IMG/VR virus record: IMGVR_UViG_3300037789_000060
DNA from: a virus
DNA: 64,000 nt
Direction: 5' to 3' (one strand)
In this document: positions 33,024 through 43,010 of the stretch, piece after piece
How the letters are laid out: every line of letters begins with the position of its first letter
Position numbering within the stretch: position 1 is the stretch's first letter
The notes under the pieces: model-generated
Databases searched by the model: none
The model's input: only the letters and a program-made list of their open reading frames with translations
Told to the model about the DNA's origin: nothing
Program-made: the position numbers and the translations under genes

Positions 33024-34929
33024 CAACCGGATCTATCCATCAACAACTGGTGTGCCGGGCCCCAGGAACCCGGGGTACACACCATACATGGTCCCGTTCG
33101 AAGACGCATACGAGAACCCGCAATACGAGGTTATCGTCATGGTCTGCGGGTCACAAATGGGAAAGACCGACGCGATCCTCGATATAATCGGTTTTCGAGT
33201 GGACACGCGCCCGCGGCCGCAATTGTACGTAGGACCGAGCAAGGATTTTGTAGAAGATCAATTCTCACCTCGCATCGGAGAATTGGTCAAACAATCAAAG
33301 ACCCTTCAGCGGAAAGCTTCAACGCGCCGCACCAAGAAGACGTTGAAGTACGTCGCCGGCATTAAAATTCGGTTGGCTTGGGCAGGTTCGGCGACACAGC
33401 TTTCGTCCGACTCTTTCGGCGATGTCCACGTCGATGAATTGGATCGCATGACTGGGAACGTGAAGAATGAAGGCGATCCGCTGAAATTGGCGAAAGCTCG
33501 ATCTTTCACATATCGAGACCGAAAAATTGTCGTCACGTCCACGCCACTGGTTGGCATTGTCGATTCCAAGTTGGATGAAGAAGCAAATTTGGAGTTCTGG
33601 AAAGTGGGTGACCCGGACGATATCCAGTCGCCTATATGGCAATTGTTCCAATCAGGAACGATGCATCACTGGGCATGGGGTTGTCCGCACTGCGCAGCGT
33701 ATTTTATTCCGCGGTTCAAATTGCTGCGGTGGCCGGGCCACGGGAACAAGAAGAAAGCAGACCCAGCCGCTGCATATGATGAAGCGTATTTGGAGTGCCC
33801 CAACTGCGGCGGCGTGATTGAGGAAACTCACAAGAAGGAAATGAACCGAACGGGGGTGTTCGTCGCACCGGGCCAGTCTGTAACAGACGCCGGAATAGTT
33901 GTTGGTGATCCACCGAAGTCACGTTCAATGACCTTCTGGGTTTCAGGACTTGCAAGTCCGTTCATTACGTTTGGTGAAAGAGCTGCTGAGTATCTTGAAG
34001 CTGTCAATTCTGGGAAACAGTCTGAAATTCAGACGGTTATCAATACTGGGTTTGGCGAATTATTTGCCCCAGGCGGTGGCGATGTCCCTGAATGGACGGA
34101 AGTCGCACGGCGTCGGAGCACCCTCTACAGCAAAGGGGAGGTTCCCGAGGACGTTCAACTCCTGACGATGGCTGTGGACATTCAGAAGACCAGCATGTGG
34201 TGGACAATTAGAGGGTGGGGCCACCGGGCAACTTCATGGTTGATAGACGCCGGCCAGATCCGTGGTGAAACGATCTACGACGAAATTTGGCACACGCTCG
34301 AAGACATCATGTTCGATACATATGATGGAATGCCTATTCGATTATGCGTGATCGATACTGGGTTTCGGCCCGGCAAGATTGAGAAGATACCGGAAAACAA
34401 GGTCTATGAGTTTTGCCGTCGGTGGCCGCAACGAACATTGCCTACAAAAGGTTCGTCGACCCCGATGCGAAGGCCAATTTCGTCGAACCGGATTGATGTC
34501 AACATAAAAGGCAAGGTGATCAAAAACGGTCTCGAGCTTTTCCGGCTCGATACGGACTATCACAAAAGCTGGGTTCATGAGCGCGTCCGCTGGGATCCAG
34601 ATCAACCAGGTGCATGGAACCTTCCGTCAGATATTGATGACGATTACTGCATGCAGATCGTTTCCGAGGCCCGGATAAAGAAACCCTCAGGCAGGGTCCA
34701 ATGGGTTCAGCGCTCGAAGGACAACCATTACCTGGACTGTGAAGCGATGCAGGTTGCAGCAGGCTCAATGCTGAATGTGATCAGATTGCCCAACCCAGAT
34801 GCACGACGGCCAGCGCCAGCGGTTCGAAAGAGGATGGGCCCTGAAGAAGGTTCAGATGTGCCGGCCACCCCGAAGAAGCGCAAGAAGCGCAAGCAGAGTT
34901 TTTTGAACAGTGAAGGCAGTATTTGGTAA
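32872..34929 (+). CDS. Terminase large subunit, lambda GpA family (start uncertain)
   Basis: GSQMGKT, DELDR, STP, CPHC...CPNC, AVDIQ, IDTG, NHYLDCE. Confidence 0.95.
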   Translation: MSRSASHSKLRQTKHLTVLQTVSKKSVPLFDLAEILFRRPKKTTPSIWGSNNRIYPSTTGVPGPRNPGYTPYMVPFEDAYENPQYEVIVMVCGSQMGKTDAILDIIGFRVDTRPRPQLYVGPSKDFVEDQFSPRIGELVKQSKTLQRKASTRRTKKTLKYVAGIKIRLAWAGSATQLSSDSFGDVHVDELDRMTGNVKNEGDPLKLAKARSFTYRDRKIVVTSTPLVGIVDSKLDEEANLEFWKVGDPDDIQSPIWQLFQSGTMHHWAWGCPHCAAYFIPRFKLLRWPGHGNKKKADPAAAYDEAYLECPNCGGVIEETHKKEMNRTGVFVAPGQSVTDAGIVVGDPPKSRSMTFWVSGLASPFITFGERAAEYLEAVNSGKQSEIQTVINTGFGELFAPGGGDVPEWTEVARRRSTLYSKGEVPEDVQLLTMAVDIQKTSMWWTIRGWGHRATSWLIDAGQIRGETIYDEIWHTLEDIMFDTYDGMPIRLCVIDTGFRPGKIEKIPENKVYEFCRRWPQRTLPTKGSSTPMRRPISSNRIDVNIKGKVIKNGLELFRLDTDYHKSWVHERVRWDPDQPGAWNLPSDIDDDYCMQIVSEARIKKPSGRVQWVQRSKDNHYLDCEAMQVAAGSMLNVIRLPNPDARRPAPAVRKRMGPEEGSDVPATPKKRKKRKQSFLNSEGSIW

Positions 34930-35150
34930 TGGATGACCTAACTCTCGACGAGAAAAAAGGGCTGCTGGCTGAGCTGAAGAAAGCCCGATATTCGGGTGCT
35001 AAAAGCGTCAAGTATCTGGACCGCCAGGTGGAATACAAATCCGACGCGGAGATGGTCAGCGCAATAAATGCCTTGACTGCTGAAATCAATGCCGCATCTG
35101 GCAAGCGACGCTCGAATGTCCGCTTGACCCAGTTCTCGTCAGGCTTCTGA
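34929..35150 (+). CDS. Head-tail joining protein gpW
   Basis: L..A..SG.KSV.Y.DRQVEYKS..EM. Confidence 0.88.
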   Translation: MDDLTLDEKKGLLAELKKARYSGAKSVKYLDRQVEYKSDAEMVSAINALTAEINAASGKRRSNVRLTQFSSGF

Positions 35151-35152
35151 TT

Positions 35153-36688
35153 ATGGGGGCCAACACACTTGACAAGTTGATTGGATACGTTGCGCCAAAG
35201 CTCGCACTCCAAAGGGTTGCGAGTAGGAAGCGCATGGAGATTCTGGAAAATCTCCGGGCGTATGATGGGGCGTCACGCAGTCGACGCGGTGGCAGTTGGA
35301 CCACTACGAACAGTTCTGCCGACGCAGAAATTGCTGTTGCTGGTTCAACCTTGCGATCGCGAAGCCGCGACCTTGTGAGGAATAATCCTCATGCTGCCAA
35401 AGCAGTTTCAACATTTGCCGACCAGATTATTGGCAAAGGCATCATCCCGCGTGCCCAGACGGGCGATCCGGACCTCAATGAGCACATCAATAATCGGTTT
35501 AAAATTTTTTCAGAAGAGTGCGATCCAGAGAGGCTGCAGACGTTCTACGGACAGCAGTACCTGGCGGCTCGTGCGCTTGTCAGCGACGGTGAGATCCTGG
35601 CTCGCCGTCGCTGGCGGCGCGCGTCGGACAAACTATCAACGCCCACGCAGGTTCAGCTGATTGAGGCTGACTTGCTGGATGATCAGAAGCACGGAGAACG
35701 CGGGGCAAATACCATAATCAGCGGGGTCGAATTCAATCCGATTGGCCAGCGCCGTGGTTATTGGATGAAAGAGTCGCATCCGGGAGAGAACTTCGTAACG
35801 CAGAAGTTGCCCAATAGTAGCAAGTTCATCAGCAGTGATGATATTGCGCACCTATTCGAGAAACAACGCACGCAGACACGCGGTGTGCCTTGGTTGACGC
35901 CAGCCATGATGTCTTTGCGGGATTTGGATGAATATTCCCAGGCTGAAATCATCCGAAAAAAGATTGAGGCATGCGTTGTAGCGATCGTCGTTCCCGAAGA
36001 GGACTCGTATGCCGCACCGATCGACGGGCTCGATGACGGTTCCGATGCCTTGGGCATTTACGACAGCGATGGAAATGAATACGAGCGCTTTGAGCCGGGA
36101 ATGATCGCCTATGCCCGTGGGGGCAGGGATGTAAAGTTCAACAATCCATCGGTCAGCGCAGGGTACGAACAATATTTCCGGACCCAAATGCGCAGGGTAT
36201 CAGCCGGCATACGGATGCCCTACGAGATACTGACCGGTGATTTGAGCCAATTGAATTTTGCTGGTGGTCGCACCGGGATCATCGAGTATCGACGATTCAT
36301 TCGGTCGATCCAGTGGCATGTGATGATCCCAATGTTTTGTCGCCCTGTTTGGCGGTGGTTCATTGAAGCAGAACGGCTGATGGGAGAAATCCCGACACAG
36401 GCTCATGTTGGCGTTGAGTGGTCGCCGCCAAAGTTCGAAGCAATCTCACCAATCGATGACATGAGAGCCGATTTGATTGCTGTCCGATCCGGCTTCAAGA
36501 CGCTGCAGGAAGTCATCGCAGAGCATGGCCAGAATGCTGCAGAGGTCATGAAAGACATCAACGAAATGCACAAGATCACAGATGGCTTGGGCATAATTCT
36601 CGATTCAGATCCGCGGAAAGTCAGCCTGAATGGTGGGCTTCAGGATGTAGCTGGCGAGACGACACCAGAAGGGGGCGATGATGCCTGA
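35153..36688 (+). CDS. Portal protein, lambda family
   Basis: LRSRSRDLVRNNPHA, QTRGVPWL, YEILTGDLSQLNF, IDDMRAD. Confidence 0.95.
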   Translation: MGANTLDKLIGYVAPKLALQRVASRKRMEILENLRAYDGASRSRRGGSWTTTNSSADAEIAVAGSTLRSRSRDLVRNNPHAAKAVSTFADQIIGKGIIPRAQTGDPDLNEHINNRFKIFSEECDPERLQTFYGQQYLAARALVSDGEILARRRWRRASDKLSTPTQVQLIEADLLDDQKHGERGANTIISGVEFNPIGQRRGYWMKESHPGENFVTQKLPNSSKFISSDDIAHLFEKQRTQTRGVPWLTPAMMSLRDLDEYSQAEIIRKKIEACVVAIVVPEEDSYAAPIDGLDDGSDALGIYDSDGNEYERFEPGMIAYARGGRDVKFNNPSVSAGYEQYFRTQMRRVSAGIRMPYEILTGDLSQLNFAGGRTGIIEYRRFIRSIQWHVMIPMFCRPVWRWFIEAERLMGEIPTQAHVGVEWSPPKFEAISPIDDMRADLIAVRSGFKTLQEVIAEHGQNAAEVMKDINEMHKITDGLGIILDSDPRKVSLNGGLQDVAGETTPEGGDDA

Positions 36689-38798
36689 AAATCAAGAGAC
36701 AATTGCACTGGCAAGACGTCACTACGCTCCAGCAGAAGTGCGGGCGGATACGTTCAATGCTGAAGACAGAACCGTTGAGGTGATTTGGACAACCGAAGCC
36801 CCGGTACGTCGGTATTCATACAGCATGGGCGGTGAGTTTCTGGAGGTTCTTGTCGTCAAAGACGGCGCTGTCCGAATGGAGCGATTTGAGGCTGGTATGT
36901 CTGTGTTGGATACGCATGACAATTGGTCCATGGATCAAAGAATTGGAACTGTGGTGCCGGGGTCCGTTAGCTTCAAAGGCGGGAAAGCCTACGCAACCAT
37001 CAAATTCTCCCGGAAGGCAAAGGCCGAGGATCTGTTTCAGGACCTGGTTGACGGGCACACGTTCCCAGTGAGCGTTGGATACAAAATCCATCAATACGAA
37101 AAAATCGAAGAAGAAAACTCTCTCCCAATCATGCGAGCCACCGACTGGGAGCCAATGGAGATTTCTGCCGTGCCAGTGCCGGCAGATTCTGGTGCTCACT
37201 CTCGTTCAGAAGGTGGCGAGACCGAGCACTATCAATGCATCGTTGTCAGGAGCGATGAGCCAGCCGCGGACGCGGTCAACACACAAGAGGAAGAGACTAT
37301 GCCAAGAGAAAACCAGGCTGCGTCCGACAACAACGGACAACGCACTCAGGAAAACACGAACACACAGGCGAATGACGTCGCTCGTGCTGCAGAAGTAGCA
37401 CGCGCTGCAGTCGAGCAGGCAGCCACGGAACAGGCCGCCGAACGAGCAAGAGCCGCAGAACAGGCTCGCTCCGAGGCTGAAGCTCAACAGCGTGCCGCAC
37501 AAGAACGAGAGGCCGAGATTGCGGCAGCCAGACAGGATGAGCGCACACGCCTTACCGGCATTTCTGAAACTGGTCGGACACACGGGATGACCGATGAATT
37601 CATTGCACAGCATCAGAGAGATGGAACATCGATTGCTGATTTCCGTAATGCCGTTCTCGATGTTCTGGCCACTGAAGACGAGGGTACACGCACTGGCACA
37701 AACGTTGACACTCGTGGATGTCAGGACGAAACGGATACTCGCCGTTCTGCTGTCGAAACGGCATTGATGGCTCGATATGACCCTGCTAACCATACCGTCA
37801 CGCCAGAAGCCCGGCAGTATATGGGTCTGGATCTGCTCAGCCTGGCACGGGAAGTCCTTCGTGACAGCGGCGAGAGTGTTCGGGGATTGTCATCTCATGC
37901 CTTGGCTGAGCGTGCCTTGCACGGTACCGGCGACTTCCCAATTATCTTGGGCAACGTTGCCAATACAGTTCTGCGGGCCGCGTATGAAGCCTATCCCAAC
38001 ACATTCCAGGCCTTCTGCCGTCGCACATCCGCGACGAATTTCAAGGCTATTCACAGTGCCCAATTGAGTGAAGCTCCGGCGCTGGAAAAAGTCAGTGAGA
38101 ACGGGGAGTTCAAGCGTGGGACTCTGACCGAAGGGAAGGAGAGCTACAAGCTGGAAACCTTCGGGAAGGTCATCGGCATTACACGTCAGGCACTGATCAA
38201 CGATGAACTTGGTGCTTTCACAAGAATTCCGGCCGCCTTCGGTGTGCAGGCGGCTATCTTGGAGGGAGATATTGTCTGGGGATTGCTCACGGATAATGTC
38301 GTGATGTCAGATGGTAATGCTCTTTTCCATTCGTCACATTCCAATCTTGGGTCTGCACTGATCCTCTCTGCTGATAACCTCTCGGCAGGTCGACATGCGA
38401 TGCGCCTTCAGAAGGGCAGTGATGGCAGAACGAACCTGAATCTGCGCCCACAGTTCTTGATGGTCCCATCTGCTCTTGAATCAAAAGCTGAAAAAATTCT
38501 GACCGCCACGCCTTCAGATGACGAAACCAAGAATGTTCCTGGCAGCCTGAAATCCTTGGTCCCGATCGTCGAGCCTCGTCTTGATGCAGTTTCAAGCACA
38601 GCATGGATGCTCGCAGCAAGCCCATCCACTATCGACACGATCGAGTATGCGTATCTGTCTGGCGAAGAGGGCATTTACACAGAACAGCGGAATGGCTTCG
38701 ATGTCGACGGCATCGAAATCAAGGTCCGCATGGACTTCGGCGCTGGCGCGATCGACTACAAGGGTTTCTACAAGAACCCTGGCGCAGCGCCTGAATAA
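36678..38798 (+). CDS. Prohead protease-scaffold-major capsid fusion protein
   Basis: N-terminal protease (LDTHD, VSVGY, WEPMEISAVPVPAD), Ala/Glu coiled coil, capsid domain (DFPIIL, TFGK..GITRQALIND, DFGAGAID). Confidence 0.93.
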   Translation: MMPENQETIALARRHYAPAEVRADTFNAEDRTVEVIWTTEAPVRRYSYSMGGEFLEVLVVKDGAVRMERFEAGMSVLDTHDNWSMDQRIGTVVPGSVSFKGGKAYATIKFSRKAKAEDLFQDLVDGHTFPVSVGYKIHQYEKIEEENSLPIMRATDWEPMEISAVPVPADSGAHSRSEGGETEHYQCIVVRSDEPAADAVNTQEEETMPRENQAASDNNGQRTQENTNTQANDVARAAEVARAAVEQAATEQAAERARAAEQARSEAEAQQRAAQEREAEIAAARQDERTRLTGISETGRTHGMTDEFIAQHQRDGTSIADFRNAVLDVLATEDEGTRTGTNVDTRGCQDETDTRRSAVETALMARYDPANHTVTPEARQYMGLDLLSLAREVLRDSGESVRGLSSHALAERALHGTGDFPIILGNVANTVLRAAYEAYPNTFQAFCRRTSATNFKAIHSAQLSEAPALEKVSENGEFKRGTLTEGKESYKLETFGKVIGITRQALINDELGAFTRIPAAFGVQAAILEGDIVWGLLTDNVVMSDGNALFHSSHSNLGSALILSADNLSAGRHAMRLQKGSDGRTNLNLRPQFLMVPSALESKAEKILTATPSDDETKNVPGSLKSLVPIVEPRLDAVSSTAWMLAASPSTIDTIEYAYLSGEEGIYTEQRNGFDVDGIEIKVRMDFGAGAIDYKGFYKNPGAAPE

Positions 38799-38810
38799 AA
38801 CGGAACAACC

Positions 38811-38840
38811 GCCTCGGGCCGATGGTCCGGGGCTTCTTTT
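38811..38840 (+). terminator. Rho-independent terminator after the capsid gene
   Basis: GCCTCGGGCC-GAT-GGTCCGGGGC followed by TTCTTTT. Confidence 0.65.
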
Positions 38841-38893
38841 TGGGCGCCTTAAAAAACAAGAGCGCCATATCTTATTTCCTTAGGAGATTGAGC

Positions 38894-39220
38894 ATGAAAA
38901 ATTTCATTCAACCCGGCAAAAATCTGACTTTCACAGCCCCATCTGGTGGGGTGACTGCCGGCAATTTGGTCGCTATGGGCGCCATCGTCGGGGTTGCTGA
39001 CCGAACTGCTGTCGAAGGGGCAGAGTTTGTTCTTGTCGTCGAAGGCGTCTTCGAAGTCGCGAAGGCCACGAGCGAAGTTTGGTCCGTTGGTGATGTCGTA
39101 TATCTCGACGAGTCCGAGAAAGAGGCAACGAAGACGTCAACGGACAATGTTGTTGCTGGTCATGCCGTCGCAGCGGCTGTCTCAGACGCAACTTCTGGCT
39201 TGGTTCGTATCAGCTTTTAA
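38894..39220 (+). CDS. DUF2190 family capsid cement protein
   Basis: MKNFIQPG..L...AP.GGV..G...G..VGVA...EGVF. Confidence 0.9.
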   Translation: MKNFIQPGKNLTFTAPSGGVTAGNLVAMGAIVGVADRTAVEGAEFVLVVEGVFEVAKATSEVWSVGDVVYLDESEKEATKTSTDNVVAGHAVAAAVSDATSGLVRISF

Positions 39221-39277
39221 CTGTTGACGCCTAAATGAATGCGGCTGCTTACGCAGCCCTAGCCTCAGGAGGCAAAC

Positions 39278-39781
39278 ATGAAAAAGAAACTGTATACGGT
39301 CACCAGGAATTGCTACGTCGGTAGAATTTTCTTCACAGCCGGCTACCAGGTCGCGTTGACAGATGAAGAAGCGGAAAGCGAATTGGAAGCTGGCAAGATC
39401 ACATCTCTCGAAGCAGATGATGACAAGTCTGGCGGCACGGACACCTCTGGTGACGAGGAGACGAGCAACACAGCCCAAACTGGTGATGAAAATCCCGACA
39501 CTCTGTCACCTGCTGAGAAGCGGGCAATCACCAGGGCCAGAAATAAGGCCATCAAGACCGCCAAAGAGACAATCGAAGCGGTCAATAACTTCCTCACCGG
39601 TGACGGCACCAATCTTTCAGATACTCAAACCGCAATGGTTACCGGTCCGTTAAAAGATCTGGAAGCATCCGTTGCTGGCAAGCCTGAAGACGTCAACACT
39701 GAAGACGTCGAATCCGCGTTGGCGGCATTGGATATTGCCAAAGCCAAGCTGACTGAAGAGCTCGAAGGCAATGGCGGTTGA
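39278..39781 (+). CDS. Acidic virion-associated hypothetical protein
   Basis: AGGAGG RBS; lies within the head operon. Confidence 0.7.
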   Translation: MKKKLYTVTRNCYVGRIFFTAGYQVALTDEEAESELEAGKITSLEADDDKSGGTDTSGDEETSNTAQTGDENPDTLSPAEKRAITRARNKAIKTAKETIEAVNNFLTGDGTNLSDTQTAMVTGPLKDLEASVAGKPEDVNTEDVESALAALDIAKAKLTEELEGNGG

Positions 39782-39791
39782 GGTCTGACTG

Positions 39792-40214
39792 ATGTCAGCT
39801 TTTGAAAAATTAGACCGGATGGTGAGTGTTACGCTGGATAGCGTCAATGCCATCCGGTTCATTCTGAAACCGAGAAAATCTGCCACACCAAACGGCCGCC
39901 CTCAGGCCGATGCAAGTCGCAATGAGATTGAGGGAAAGGGAATTTTTGACCGCAACTCGGTCAACCATGGAATTGAGCTTGGTGTACGAAAATCATATCG
40001 AGAAGCGAACGATTTGCGTGCGCTCCAGGTCGGTCGACACCCGATGCTGTCTGTTGATGTGAAGTATTTCCCAACCATAGCAGACTATCCAATGAAGGGA
40101 GACATTGTGGAGCTCCCAGACAAGTCAGATGTTCCGAAACTCGAAGTCACGACAGTGGAGCCTGATGGCTTGTCGCGTCTCGTAATCGTATTCGCACAAC
40201 AAGGTTCGGATTGA
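39792..40214 (+). CDS. Head-tail adaptor (gpFII-like)
   Basis: Position; F..LD..., KGDIVEL...EV..VEPDG..R. Confidence 0.6.
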   Translation: MSAFEKLDRMVSVTLDSVNAIRFILKPRKSATPNGRPQADASRNEIEGKGIFDRNSVNHGIELGVRKSYREANDLRALQVGRHPMLSVDVKYFPTIADYPMKGDIVELPDKSDVPKLEVTTVEPDGLSRLVIVFAQQGSD

Positions 40215-40984
40215 TGAGTTTAAACCGCATCGCACTCAGATGGGCTACTGTATCAGCGCTCTCAAACTTCAGCACTACACCCTATCCGACACTCGCTGGC
40301 CCGAACATTTTTGACAGTCAGATCGTACCGATATCGAACATGTCAGAAGACGCCATCTATCCGCTTTGCATTGTCTATACGGACTATGACCTGAACACCC
40401 TGCCATACAAATTCATGGCCCATAGCGATCGGAAAATGACGCTGACGTTCGAACTGCTCTGCACCATGCTGGACCAGGAAGGAAGCGATGACGAGGTCTA
40501 TCAACTCCAATATCCGCAAACTGACAGTGATCTAGAATTCAACCTCGATCTGTTCGAGAAGCAGATATTCGACGCTCTTCATGTGGACAACCCTGCCGGT
40601 GATGCATGGCGCGGAATGGTAGCCAATGCTGAAAACTATATCAGCAGGCGCGGAGCATCGGTTGAAGGCGGCAAGAAGCTTGCGGTTCGTCAGATAACAA
40701 TTGAATGCAGCGTCCCGCGCGATCCACTCGTGCCCGGCGTGCCAGACTATCTGAGCGAATTCCTAACCACGCTGGAGACCGAAGGGGAATATCAGGACCG
40801 TGTTCAAATCCTGAAGGCTGGATATGAACAGTTTGCAGGGCAAACCGATGCTGAAGCGGCTATTCGACAAATGGGGCTGACCAATGCCACCGCTGATACT
40901 TTGGCCTATGAGCGCGGCCCTGCCACTGTTTTTACACCACCAATTCAGTGGCAGAACGGAAATGGTTCTGGGTCTCTGTTGTGA
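40214..40984 (+). CDS. Putative tail completion/terminator protein
   Basis: Position before the baseplate spike; T.AGPNIFDS...YP...VYTD. Confidence 0.55.
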   Translation: MSLNRIALRWATVSALSNFSTTPYPTLAGPNIFDSQIVPISNMSEDAIYPLCIVYTDYDLNTLPYKFMAHSDRKMTLTFELLCTMLDQEGSDDEVYQLQYPQTDSDLEFNLDLFEKQIFDALHVDNPAGDAWRGMVANAENYISRRGASVEGGKKLAVRQITIECSVPRDPLVPGVPDYLSEFLTTLETEGEYQDRVQILKAGYEQFAGQTDAEAAIRQMGLTNATADTLAYERGPATVFTPPIQWQNGNGSGSLL

Positions 40985-41532
40985 GTGCAGACCTGATTTT
41001 CAGCCGGTTGATGCAGCGGATTGAGCACCTGGAAGCTCAGGTCAATCTGCTTCAGAGAAAACAGAACAACATATTTCGGGAAGGCCGCGTTACAGAAATC
41101 GACGCGCAAAGCGGTACCGCAGTTGTTGATGCACAAGGGATTGAAAGCGCCATGATACCATGGCTGCAACGATCGGGAGACATCCGAGATTGGGAGCCGC
41201 CAACCGTTGGCGAACGAATTATTTTGCTTTCGCCGACCGGCGATCCGGGGCGGGGCATGATTTTGCCTGGTGGATATTCTGACCAGTTTCCGCAACCCCA
41301 TCAAAAGGCCGCGGAAGCTTTTCGAGTGGTCGGCGACACGTCGCGCAACCAAAAATCGTCGCAGTATCACATCACAACACCGCACCATTTGGTTGATTCA
41401 CCGAGCGTTGACCTGGGCGGCAAAGGCGGCCCGGCTGTGGCGCGCGTAGGTGACTTCGTGGAAGTCCTTTACGGATCTTCAAAGGGCCTACACCCAATTG
41501 TAACCGGTTCTGAAATCGTCAGAGCCAAATAG
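40981..41532 (+). CDS. Baseplate spike gpV
   Basis: IFREGRVTEID, WEPPTVGERIILLSPTGD, VARVGD. Confidence 0.88.
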   Translation: MSADLIFSRLMQRIEHLEAQVNLLQRKQNNIFREGRVTEIDAQSGTAVVDAQGIESAMIPWLQRSGDIRDWEPPTVGERIILLSPTGDPGRGMILPGGYSDQFPQPHQKAAEAFRVVGDTSRNQKSSQYHITTPHHLVDSPSVDLGGKGGPAVARVGDFVEVLYGSSKGLHPIVTGSEIVRAK

Positions 41533-41541
41533 GAGGCCAGC

Positions 41542-41736
41542 ATGGCAAAGAGAAATTACGTGGCGGTTGGTAACGGCTCCCTTTTCGGCGAGCATCGAAG
41601 TGACGGCGATGTTTTTGAGGCAGATCCATCTGAAGTGAAGTTTCTGCTTCTGAGTGGTCGTGTAAAAGAACAGAAGTCACCAACTCGAAAGTCAAAACCC
41701 AAGGTCAGCGCAGCGCCTGACACCAAGGCTGACTGA
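41542..41736 (+). CDS. Small hypothetical protein
   Basis: AGGAGG RBS; lies within the baseplate cluster. Confidence 0.6.
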   Translation: MAKRNYVAVGNGSLFGEHRSDGDVFEADPSEVKFLLLSGRVKEQKSPTRKSKPKVSAAPDTKAD

Positions 41737-41741
41737 TCCCA

Positions 41742-42131
41742 ATGACTTCGATTGGAATTGATCGCCACTCGGGCCAGCTTTTAGTAGGTTGGCCGCGAGT
41801 GGCCCATTCCATTGCCACCATAATCACGACCGCGATCGGGGAGCGCATTCAATTGCGTGACTACGGTTCAAATGTGAGCGAGTTGCAGGACAGACCGCAG
41901 AACCCAGAGACAATTCTGAGGCTATACCGGGAAACGGCTGAGGCGCTGGAGCCAAGAGAGAAGAACGGTGCGTGGTATGGCGAGCCCTGCTTTTTTCTCA
42001 CACGCGTTCATGCGGATCTGTCGCTAATCTCAGAACCTTACATTGCTGTTGAAGGTATTCACTATCCGAATGGACACCTGGGTGACTTCACAGTTGCAGA
42101 AGACCGGTCAATTCGCGTTGTGACAACATAG
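41742..42131 (+). CDS. Baseplate wedge GpW/gp25 family protein
   Basis: GIDRHSG...HSI..I.TT.IGER...RDYGS. Confidence 0.9.
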   Translation: MTSIGIDRHSGQLLVGWPRVAHSIATIITTAIGERIQLRDYGSNVSELQDRPQNPETILRLYRETAEALEPREKNGAWYGEPCFFLTRVHADLSLISEPYIAVEGIHYPNGHLGDFTVAEDRSIRVVTT

Positions 42132-42140
42132 TGGGAAATC

Positions 42141-43010
42141 ATGGCTGAAACGTACCACATTCCAGAAGAACTTGCCCATTTGCCACCACCAGAGTTGGTG
42201 GAAGAATTGGATTATCAGGCACTCCTGCAACCGTTGATCCAAGATCTGGTGGCGAATTTTCGTGCTCGTGGTTTGTCGTACAATGCTGACAACATTGAGA
42301 GTGATGCAGGCCGCATTCAATGCGAGGTGATTGCAGCTGCAGATTTGGCAGTGCGTCAGCGCATTAATGAGAGCTATCGAGCCAACTTGCTGCCATACGC
42401 GATCGGCGGTGACATCGATATTCTTGGTTCATTCTATGACGTGGACCGTTTGAGTGGTGAGACGGACAAAGCCTACAAAGAGCGAATTATCCTGGCAATT
42501 CGTGGTCGTTCGCCGGGAGGCACTGTCCCGCGCTATCAATACATTGCACGATCGGCCAGTGTGAAAGTTGCTTCAGCGGTGATCTACAGGGACGGCCTCA
42601 CGCCAACAATCTATGTGTCGATCTTTTCGACAGATAATGGCGGACAGGCTGATCAATCGTTGCTGGATACGGTGGACGCAGCCTTGCAGGCTGATGACAA
42701 ACGCCTGGTCAATGATACGATCGTTGTCAATCCGGCGGTTCGTCGGACTATCAACGTCGAAGCCAGTGTTTGGTTACTTCCTGAAAGCTCCAACTCTGTA
42801 TTGGACACCATGGAAGCTTCGATCAAAACAATCAATGAGGATAATGGTCGGCTTGGTTTCGATTTCACCAAAGCATGGGCGATATCAAAACTCATGGTTG
42901 AAGGCGTTCAGAACGTTGCTCTGATTGGAGCAGAGGATACTGTCATTCCCTTCAACGAAGCTTTTTCGATCGGTACGGTCACCCTCAACAACATGGGGCG
43001 TGAATACTGA
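42141..43010 (+). CDS. Baseplate assembly protein J
   Basis: P..VEELDY, L.YA.G.D.D.LG, E.D..Y..RI.LA..G.S.GG. Confidence 0.9.
   Translation: MAETYHIPEELAHLPPPELVEELDYQALLQPLIQDLVANFRARGLSYNADNIESDAGRIQCEVIAAADLAVRQRINESYRANLLPYAIGGDIDILGSFYDVDRLSGETDKAYKERIILAIRGRSPGGTVPRYQYIARSASVKVASAVIYRDGLTPTIYVSIFSTDNGGQADQSLLDTVDAALQADDKRLVNDTIVVNPAVRRTINVEASVWLLPESSNSVLDTMEASIKTINEDNGRLGFDFTKAWAISKLMVEGVQNVALIGAEDTVIPFNEAFSIGTVTLNNMGREY

Noticed and set aside
37300-37560. Ala/Glu/Arg repeats in the capsid gene as a novel repeat element
   Set aside because: Ordinary coiled-coil scaffold linker of protease-capsid fusions
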